DNA of 63,967 nucleotides, filler included. It is 9 parts of 9 records of this genome, joined end to end, with 100 filler letters (N's around TTAATTAATTAA, not from the genome) between each part and the next. Parts side by side here need not be neighbours in the genome. Positions count along the whole stretch, not along the records: positions 57,401 to 63,967 come from SRR31156797_91048; 8 more parts are not named here. One strand, written 5' to 3'. The notes under the pieces were generated by a model that searched no databases, was not told where the DNA came from, and saw only the letters and a list, made by a program, of their open reading frames with translations. The position numbers and the translations under genes are program-made. This document shows positions 57,503-63,967 of this stretch, piece after piece (the first letter of the stretch is position 1; every line of letters begins with the position of its first letter).

Positions 57503-58225
57503 TTCGACCATCTCTTTTACCGAATCAAGGTCCATGAGCACCTTTTCCGGGGAGAGCTCTTCCCAGCCGTCCTCCTTGATGCGGTTGATCTCTTCGATCA
57601 GTTTGCCAAGGGCCTTGGTGTAGCGGCCGGCGGAGGCGAGCCCCGTGGTGGCCTTACCCTTCAGCTCGCCGCTTTCCCTGCGCATCTCCTGCATTTCCTG
57701 GAACGCCTTGTTGATGGATTTCTCCCCTGAGTTGACGCTCTCCTTGAGTTGCTCATCCCCGTGTTCCAGGACCTTCTGGGCTTTTTCGATCTTGCTGGCG
57801 CTGGTGCCAAGCTCCTTGGCCCTGAGTTTGGAAAGCTCCTTCTTGGTGAGGGATTCTCCTTCGGCGCCATCTGCGTCGTTCAGCTTGTCCAGCACCTCCA
57901 GGCAGCGGATGATATCCTCGTCCGCAAGGTTCCTGCGGTTCCGCTGGACATGGAAGCTGTAGAGCAGGGCGTCATCTTCGTTCTCAAAGCTCTTGAACAG
58001 CACGGGCACCTCGGGAAGTTCGATGGCAAGGGCCGCTGTGTAGCGGGTATGGCCGTCCACGATGATGTTCTTCTCCTTCCATACGATGATGGGGAAAACA
58101 TCGTCAAATCCGTTGGATTCCATGTTGGTCTTGATGCTGTCAAGGGTGTCGCTGCCCATGGGAAAGAGCGACGAAAAGGGTTCCTTTACGTTGAGTTCGT
58201 TGATGTCGGTCAGGGTTGTCTGCAT
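57500..58225 (-). CDS. ParB/Srx N-terminal domain protein
   Basis: LFP.....L..I...M..NG....PIIVW....IVDGHTRY.AA, QRNRRNL, HTH-like AKELGTS. Confidence 0.85.
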   Translation of the reverse strand: MQTTLTDINELNVKEPFSSLFPMGSDTLDSIKTNMESNGFDDVFPIIVWKEKNIIVDGHTRYTAALAIELPEVPVLFKSFENEDDALLYSFHVQRNRRNLADEDIIRCLEVLDKLNDADGAEGESLTKKELSKLRAKELGTSASKIEKAQKVLEHGDEQLKESVNSGEKSINKAFQEMQEMRRESGELKGKATTGLASAGRYTKALGKLIEEINRIKEDGWEELSPEKVLMDLDSVKEMVE

Positions 58226-58338
58226 TTATCCTCCAGCCGGTAAAAATATATTATTGCTCATCATATATGAATTGAGCCCGGTTCCCATTACAATCGGTAA
58301 CGCTGGTATCAATTCTATTGCAAACGCCTGTGGGCGTA

Positions 58339-59961
58339 TCAGCTTGCTGCTGCCATGGACGGCTTCTTTTTATTCTCGGCTTTGTCCATGGATTCAAGAT
58401 AGTCGTCAAATCCCATGGTACGGTCAATGACCCCCTGGGGAGTGAACTCCACAATTCTGTTGGCAATGGTTGAGATAAACTGGTGGTCATGGGATGAGAA
58501 GAGCACTGTCTCGGGGAACGCCACCAGGCCATCGTTGAGGGCCGTGATGGATTCAAGGTCCAGGTGGTTGGTGGGCTCGTCCAGGACAAGGACATTGGCG
58601 TTGGTGAGCATCATCCGTGAAAGCATGCACCGGACCCGCTCCCCTCCGGAAAGGACCGAGGTCTTTTTCAATGACTCCTCGCCTGAAAAGAGCATTCTTC
58701 CAAGAAAGCCCCGGGAAAAGGTCTCGCCTTCGGTGTGGTACTGGCCGAGCCACTCCACAAGGGTGACATCCTTCTCGAAATAGGCGGCATTATCCTGGGG
58801 AAAGTTGGACGGGGTGATGGTTACCCCCCAGCGATAGGTGCCGCTGTCCGGTTCCATCTCTCCCGCAAGGATCTGGAACAAGGTGGTTTTTGCAAGGCTG
58901 TCGGTTCCCACAAAGGCGATTTTGTCCCCATTGTTGACCACAAGGTTGAGGTTGCTGAGGACCTCGACCCCGTCTATGGTCTTTGACAGGTTTTCGATCT
59001 CCAGGATCACGTTTCCGCATGGGCGCTCAGCCTTGAAACTGATATAGGGGTAGCGCCTTGATGAGACCGGCAGCTCCTCGATGGTGAGCTTTTCCAGGAG
59101 CTTTTTCCTGGATGTGGCCTGTTTTGACTTGGATGCGTTGGAACTGAAGCGCTGGATGAATGATTTCAGCTCGTTGGCCTTGTCCTGGGTCTTTCTGTTC
59201 TCGTTCTGCTTCTGCTTCAGGATAAGGCGGCTCGCCTCGTACCAGAAGTCGTAGTTGCCCACAAACACCTGGATCTTGCCAAAGTCGATATCTGCGATGT
59301 GGGTACACACCTGGTTGAGGAAGTGGCGGTCATGGGAGACCACGATCACCGTGTTCTGGAACCGGAAGAGAAACTCTTCAAGCCATTGGATGGAGCGGTG
59401 GTCCAGATGGTTGGTGGGCTCATCAAGGAGAAGGACATCGGGGTTGCCGAACAGGGCCTGGGCCAGGAGGACCCGTACCTTGTCCTTGGCCTCGAGTTCT
59501 TTCATCCGTTTCTGGCAGAGGGCGTCGTCGATGCCAAGTCCGTTCAAAAGGACCGCGGCCTCGGATTCGGCCTCATATCCGTTCATATCGGCGAATTCCG
59601 CCTCGAGCTCGGCCGAACGGATACCGTCCTCTTCGGTGAACTCCGGTTTTGCGTAGATGGCGTCCCGGGCGTTCATCACCTCATAGAGTTTCTGGTGGCC
59701 CATGATTACCGTTGCGATGACCGTCTCTTCGTCATAGGCATAGTGGTCCTGTTTCAGGACGGCGATTCGCTCCCCGGGACCCACACTGACCCCGCCCTGA
59801 TCCGGGTCGAGTTCTCCCGAGAGTATCTTTAAGAAGGTGGATTTCCCCGCCCCGTTCGCTCCGATCAGTCCGTAGCAGTTTCCAGGGGTGAATTTTATGT
59901 TGACGTCTTTGAACAAGACCCGTTTCCCAAAACCGAGGGTGACGTTGGATGTGCTTATCAT
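58339..59961 (-). CDS. ABC-F family ATPase (YbiT/YkpA-like)
   Basis: GANGAGKST, LLDEPTNHLD twice, QRFSSNASKSKQATSRKK linker, LSGGERVR; no TM segments. Confidence 0.95.
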   Translation of the reverse strand: MISTSNVTLGFGKRVLFKDVNIKFTPGNCYGLIGANGAGKSTFLKILSGELDPDQGGVSVGPGERIAVLKQDHYAYDEETVIATVIMGHQKLYEVMNARDAIYAKPEFTEEDGIRSAELEAEFADMNGYEAESEAAVLLNGLGIDDALCQKRMKELEAKDKVRVLLAQALFGNPDVLLLDEPTNHLDHRSIQWLEEFLFRFQNTVIVVSHDRHFLNQVCTHIADIDFGKIQVFVGNYDFWYEASRLILKQKQNENRKTQDKANELKSFIQRFSSNASKSKQATSRKKLLEKLTIEELPVSSRRYPYISFKAERPCGNVILEIENLSKTIDGVEVLSNLNLVVNNGDKIAFVGTDSLAKTTLFQILAGEMEPDSGTYRWGVTITPSNFPQDNAAYFEKDVTLVEWLGQYHTEGETFSRGFLGRMLFSGEESLKKTSVLSGGERVRCMLSRMMLTNANVLVLDEPTNHLDLESITALNDGLVAFPETVLFSSHDHQFISTIANRIVEFTPQGVIDRTMGFDDYLESMDKAENKKKPSMAAAS

Positions 59962-59982
59962 CTGAAAGTTCCTTGTGCATAA

Positions 59983-60013
59983 TATAAAAACCACAGGGCG
60001 AACCCTGTGGTTT
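59983..60013 (-). terminator. Terminator-like hairpin in the ABC-F 5' region
   Basis: Minus strand AAACCACAGGG-TTCG-CCCTGTGGTTT-TTATA. Confidence 0.7.
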
Positions 60014-60059
60014 GAGTGAAAAAGGCTTATATACTATCTTGGGAGTTTATGCAACAATT

Positions 60060-60725
60060 TTAAGGTTTTGGCGTTAACTTAAAGAGAACCACGGGGATCT
60101 CCTTGCCATCGGATTTCATGGCCTGCTTTTTCATGGCGATGGTGTAGTGCTCATCCATGGCCTTGGCAAATTTCAGAGAAGTCCGGCGCATGCCTTCTGC
60201 AAGGATGATGGTCCCGCCGGGTTTGAGGTAGCGCTGGAACAAAAGGTAGAGGCCCATGATGTCCTCCTCCTTGAAAACCACCTCGGAGCCGATGATATAG
60301 TCGAACTGGCCTTCGATGAGCGGGTTGTTCCAGTCAAGCTCCCGGATGTCGACATTGTCGAGGTTGTTGAGTCTGGCATTGGCCTTTGCAAAGTTGATGG
60401 CGTCCTTGTTGTACTCGGTGATGGTCACGTTGTGGCCCATCTTTGCCGCCGCAAGCCCTGCGACCCCCATGCCCGCGCCGATTTCAAGAAACCGCTTGCC
60501 GGGATCGGGCTCGATGGTGGCCAGCTGAAAGGACAGCACCGCCGTGGCCTCCCAGATTTTGCTCCACAGGGGAAAGTTGTTGAACACGTCATCCTTGTTG
60601 ATGAAACGGTCAATTTTTTTGGGGACAAAAAATTTAAGGGCATGGCCGGCCACCTGGTAGTCGGTCTCCTCTACGTCATACTCCTGCCTGAAGGTATCAA
60701 GGGAAAACATGGGTGTCTGTATCAT
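60060..60725 (-). CDS. Class I SAM methyltransferase (protein-lysine methyltransferase-like)
   Basis: PLWSKIWEA, LEIGAGMG..GL, ELDW, FDYIIGSEV. Confidence 0.85.
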   Translation of the reverse strand: MIQTPMFSLDTFRQEYDVEETDYQVAGHALKFFVPKKIDRFINKDDVFNNFPLWSKIWEATAVLSFQLATIEPDPGKRFLEIGAGMGVAGLAAAKMGHNVTITEYNKDAINFAKANARLNNLDNVDIRELDWNNPLIEGQFDYIIGSEVVFKEEDIMGLYLLFQRYLKPGGTIILAEGMRRTSLKFAKAMDEHYTIAMKKQAMKSDGKEIPVVLFKLTPKP

Positions 60726-60815
60726 TCCTTTTTTTTACAGCTTTTTTGCCATTTGATCCGCGGGGGATAGTACCAGATTCTTGGGAGGGAAACAAGGGCT
60801 TGTCTTGGTCCCGGG

Positions 60816-61724
60816 TCAGGTGACCAGGGTAAGCCCCATCTTTTTGGCGATTTTTACGGCGCTCCGGAATTCGTCCGTGGTGATGCCCCGTGACAACTCC
60901 GGGAATCGGCGGGCCAGGTAGCAGGGCCGGTACTGGGACATGACGTTGACCACCATGTGGGGGGAGACATGATCCCTGATGAATTCCATCACCTTTTCGG
61001 TGCCGGCAAGGTCATTGGGCATCACCAGGTGGCGCAGTACCACCCCGGAGACTGCGGTGCCCATGGGTGAAACCTTCAGGTCTCCCACCTGGGCGTGCAT
61101 TTCCTTGATGGCCGCTTTTGCGATTTCGGGGTAATCCGGGGCGTTGCAGAAACGGCGGGCAGGTTCGCTCTCCCAGAATTTGAAATCCGGCAGGTAGATA
61201 TCCACCACCCCGTCAAGGAGCTTCAGGGTTTCAACGCTGTCATAGCCGGAGCTGTTGTAGATCAAGGGGAGGGAGAGGCCGTTTGCGGCGGCAATGTCAA
61301 GGGCTTCGAGGATCCAGGGCACCACATGGGTCGGGGTCACAAGGTTGATGTTGTGGCAGCCGGTCCGGTCAAGGGACAGCATCATTGCGGCGATATCAGC
61401 AGGCGTTGTTTCCCGGCCGTGGCCCTCGTGGCTGATATCATAGTTCTGGCAGAAGAGGCATCCCAGGTTGCAGAAGGTGAAGAAAATGGTTCCGGATCCC
61501 CTGGAGCCCACAAAAAAAGGCTCTTCCCCGAAATGGGGGCTGAAGCTTGAAACCAGGACCTCTTTTCCGGTGTTGCACACGCCTGTTTCGCCCTTGAGCC
61601 GGTTGACCTTGCATTGCCTGGGGCAGAGGGTGCACTCTTCAAGGATCTTCCTTGCCCGGGCGATTTTCGTGGCCAGGGTGCCGCTTTTTCTTGCCTTTAC
61701 ATAGTTGGGAACATAAGTTGTCAT
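60816..61724 (-). CDS. PflX-type radical SAM protein
   Basis: CTLCPRQC.VNR, PHFGEE....G..GSGTIFF, CNLGCLFCQN, HNINLVTPTH, DIYLPDFK, RHLVMP, MSQYRP. Confidence 0.92.
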   Translation of the reverse strand: MTTYVPNYVKARKSGTLATKIARARKILEECTLCPRQCKVNRLKGETGVCNTGKEVLVSSFSPHFGEEPFFVGSRGSGTIFFTFCNLGCLFCQNYDISHEGHGRETTPADIAAMMLSLDRTGCHNINLVTPTHVVPWILEALDIAAANGLSLPLIYNSSGYDSVETLKLLDGVVDIYLPDFKFWESEPARRFCNAPDYPEIAKAAIKEMHAQVGDLKVSPMGTAVSGVVLRHLVMPNDLAGTEKVMEFIRDHVSPHMVVNVMSQYRPCYLARRFPELSRGITTDEFRSAVKIAKKMGLTLVT

Positions 61725-61727
61725 GGG

Positions 61728-62072
61728 TCAGCATGTCAGGTGAAAACCGGCAACAAAGGCTTCATCCGTGTCGAGGAGGGCGTTTACCCGCTTTATGGCC
61801 GCGGCCGTGGGCTCCTCGATGAGCTGAATTTTTCTTGCCGCAAGATAGTTTTTTAAACGGTCCGATGCGATCATCCGTCCAGGCTGTCCCTGGCCGAGCA
61901 GAACCTGTGTGGTATTCTCGTCAAGGACCGCCTCAATATCCTCCACCTCCACCAGATGCCCCTGCTTGCGCCACCAGGAGGGGTGGATGCCGGATGATGA
62001 GGATATCAACAGATCGCTGGTGTAGCTCTTTCCGTTGATGACCATGGTGCCAAAGGAATACTGTTCAATCAT
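61728..62072 (-). CDS. Mth938-like domain protein
   Basis: IEQYSFG...I.GK.Y.SDL, WWR..GH, FHLTC; ATG 62072. Confidence 0.88.
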   Translation of the reverse strand: MIEQYSFGTMVINGKSYTSDLLISSSSGIHPSWWRKQGHLVEVEDIEAVLDENTTQVLLGQGQPGRMIASDRLKNYLAARKIQLIEEPTAAAIKRVNALLDTDEAFVAGFHLTC

Positions 62073-62217
62073 GGTGTCTTCTTTGTGCCTTTGTGTTCCG
62101 GTGCCCTGTGGAAAACCGGCGGGCACCGGAGCACAAACGATTTTTAGCTTATTCCATCTGAATTGAGCCAATTTTTCATTATAACGGGCTCAATTCGAGC
62201 TGAAACGATAATTCCCG

Positions 62218-63477
62218 TTATTCAATGGGGTGAAGCTCAACACGCCGGTTCATGGCCCGGCCCTTTTCGGTATCGTTGGATGCCACGGGCTTGCTTTCCC
62301 CAAGGCCTTCGGCGGTGAGGCGCATGGAGGATATGCCCTTGGACTCCAGGTACTGCTTGACCGAATTGGCCCGGCGCAGGGAGAGGGTCTGGTTGTACAC
62401 TTCGGGACCGCGGCTGTCGGTGTGGCCCTTGATGGCGATTTTCAAGTTCGGATTCTTTTCCAGGATGGTAACGATGGTGTCAAGCTCAGGAAAGGAAGCG
62501 GGCTTTATATCGGCCGTGTCATAATCAAACAGCATATCCATGAGTATCCAGCATCCAAGGGCGTTGACCCTGGCTGCCAGCGGGGTTCCCGGGCATTGAT
62601 CCTTGTAGTCGTAAACGCCGTCCTGGTCTGTGTCAAAGGGGCATCCCCAGGTATCCACACTGACGCCGGGAGGTGTGTTGGGGCATCGGTCACGGGCATC
62701 CAGTACGCCGTCTCCGTCCCGGTCCTTCGGGAGAGCAACGGGTTTGACCTTTTTGCGTACTTTTTTCTTTGAGAGGAACACGGTCTCAACAAAGTCTGCC
62801 ATGGCAGGGCCTGTGAGAAGGTCTTCCGCCTTTGAAAAGAAACCGCAATCGCCGATCTTGGCCAGCTCCTGCATCAAGGCCATGCCGTCGGCATCATTTC
62901 CCACCAGCACCGGATAGATGCACAGGGATGAACCGAAGGTTTCCTTGAGGGTGGTGGCATAGTCAGCGGTGCTGCCCTTCATGTCCTTGCCGTCGCTTAC
63001 GACGATGAGGGCGGTTTTGGTGAGAACACCTTCAAGATCCTTTCCTGCCGCGCAAAGGGCCTTGTGCATGGGGCTTGAGCCGCCGGCACCGGTGATTTTG
63101 TCAAGTCCTGCGGCAAAGCCGGCCGTTGAGTAAGGCGCCATCCCGTAGGCCGCCATGGTACTTTTCCGTGTGATGCTGTCATCGTGGCCAAAGGTTCTGA
63201 GGCCAGCGTTCATGCGCAATTCCGGAATCGTCCGGTTCATTCGGTCGACAAATTCCCTGGCAATGGTGAATTTGGTCTGACCGGCGCAGGGCTCACCCAT
63301 GGAGCTTGAGGCATCGAGGATCACAAGGAAGTTGCTTATTCCGGATTCGTATCTGGCTGTGTCAAAGGTTTCGGGCTGAAAGGCCGGTAGCGGTTTTACC
63401 GGTGCCCGGCCCGCGCATGCCGGTAGTAAGAACGCCATGCATACGATGATAACATGTTTTAAGGTACATTTTTTCAT
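62218..63477 (-). CDS. Lipoprotein with vWA, TSP3 Ca-binding repeats and OmpA peptidoglycan-binding domain
   Basis: LLPAC lipobox, DASSSM MIDAS, DRDGDGV.D..D.CP repeats, GHTDS.G...YN..LS.RRA, NRRVE. Confidence 0.92.
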   Translation of the reverse strand: MKKCTLKHVIIVCMAFLLPACAGRAPVKPLPAFQPETFDTARYESGISNFLVILDASSSMGEPCAGQTKFTIAREFVDRMNRTIPELRMNAGLRTFGHDDSITRKSTMAAYGMAPYSTAGFAAGLDKITGAGGSSPMHKALCAAGKDLEGVLTKTALIVVSDGKDMKGSTADYATTLKETFGSSLCIYPVLVGNDADGMALMQELAKIGDCGFFSKAEDLLTGPAMADFVETVFLSKKKVRKKVKPVALPKDRDGDGVLDARDRCPNTPPGVSVDTWGCPFDTDQDGVYDYKDQCPGTPLAARVNALGCWILMDMLFDYDTADIKPASFPELDTIVTILEKNPNLKIAIKGHTDSRGPEVYNQTLSLRRANSVKQYLESKGISSMRLTAEGLGESKPVASNDTEKGRAMNRRVELHPIE

Positions 63478-63592
63478 GGGTTTGCCTCCTTCTATTATTT
63501 GTGGGTGATTTGAATGGTCCTGTGATTAGAATTCTCGGTGTAAGGATTGGCAATCATTTTCGTATAGGCCGGGTTGGGTGTCAAGTACTAAT

Positions 63593-63636
63593 AAAAAAAA
63601 GCCCATGCCCTCCGGCAGGGGAGGACATGGGCTTTT
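63593..63636 (-). terminator. Rho-independent terminator of topA
   Basis: AAAAGCCCATG...CATGGGCTTTT hairpin with T8 on the minus strand. Confidence 0.8.
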
Positions 63637-63650
63637 GTCGATTCAGACAG

Positions 63651-63967
63651 CTATTCTGTCAGGCTCTTCTTGTATTTGCAGCCCTTTTTCGGGCATTTGA
63701 GGAGCTTGCCTTCTTTTTTGGTCTCCTTCTGGACCAGATAGGTGGAGTCGCATTCCGGGCAGGGGGTGTTTATCACCGGGTCCCAGGATGCAAAGCCGCA
63801 GTCCGGGTAGTTGTTGCACCCGAAAAAGATTTTTCCCCTGCGGGACCGTTTTTCCACGATGGCGCCGTTGCAGCCGGGCTCCGGGCATTTGGCCCCGGTT
63901 TCTTTGCCGTTTGCCTCGCCGTTGACCGACTCGGTGTGCTTGCAGTCGGGGTAGCCGGTACAAGCAA
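63651..63967 (-). CDS. topA: DNA topoisomerase I C-terminal zinc ribbons (5' truncated)
   Basis: Frame open to the window end: ACTGYPDC..., KCPEPGC...GKIFFGCNNYPDC, CPEC...LKCPKKGC. Confidence 0.85.
   Translation of the reverse strand, partial: ACTGYPDCKHTESVNGEANGKETGAKCPEPGCNGAIVEKRSRRGKIFFGCNNYPDCGFASWDPVINTPCPECDSTYLVQKETKKEGKLLKCPKKGCKYKKSLTE

Noticed and set aside
5791-63477. Several vWA systems in one window (Bat, VIT-vWA, vWA-OmpA)
   Set aside because: They lie on different contigs from different organisms, so the co-occurrence is coincidental.

Overview
This window is not one locus. It is nine unrelated contigs joined by eight identical 100-nt spacers (44 N + TTAATTAATTAA + 44 N), so nothing can be inferred across the joins. 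Taxonomic labels below are impressions from gene content and composition. (1) 1-5690, Desulfobacterales-like: a SNF2 helicase abutting the end of a prophage (D12 adenine methylase and tail/fibre genes). (2) 5791-10862: a MoxR-DUF58-BatA-BatB/C operon. (3) 10963-17731, spirochaete-like: trpS, a sigma-like protein, rdgB, pepF, a FecR lipoprotein and serS. (4) 17832-24163: thiolase, a DUF362 Fe-S protein, maeB and IclR. (5) 24264-33733: an IS graveyard plus a Tat-exported DMSO-reductase-family molybdoenzyme cluster with TorD and a PAS-LuxR regulator. (6) 33834-44039, high-GC alphaproteobacterial: AKR, MFS, an Ntn hydrolase, purB, a rhombosortase with a VIT/vWA GlyGly-CTERM protein, TetR, CMD, dprA and topA. 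(7) 44140-51452, FCB-group-like: a dehydrogenase, crcB, an Omp85-like barrel, a ycaQ-tag-radical SAM repair trio and a C10 peptidase. (8) 51553-57300, Bacteroidota: a tRNA 3' end and a TetR-TolC-HlyD-two-permease efflux operon. (9) 57401-63967, deltaproteobacterial: ParB-like, ABC-F, methyltransferase, PflX, Mth938, vWA-OmpA and the topA 3' end. The strongest unexplained signals are four. First, a 33-bp near-perfect inverted repeat pair built from 7-mers brackets the three-gene DNA-repair cassette, and each copy carries an outward-facing -35-like hexamer. Second, a candidate SymR-like antisense RNA lies over the leader of the prophage methylase. Third, a sigma-54-type promoter precedes a divergent sigma-like protein in the spirochaete contig. 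Fourth, a dedicated rhombosortase/VIT pair has three palindromic TetR operators. All family calls come from motif recognition by eye; no searches were run.
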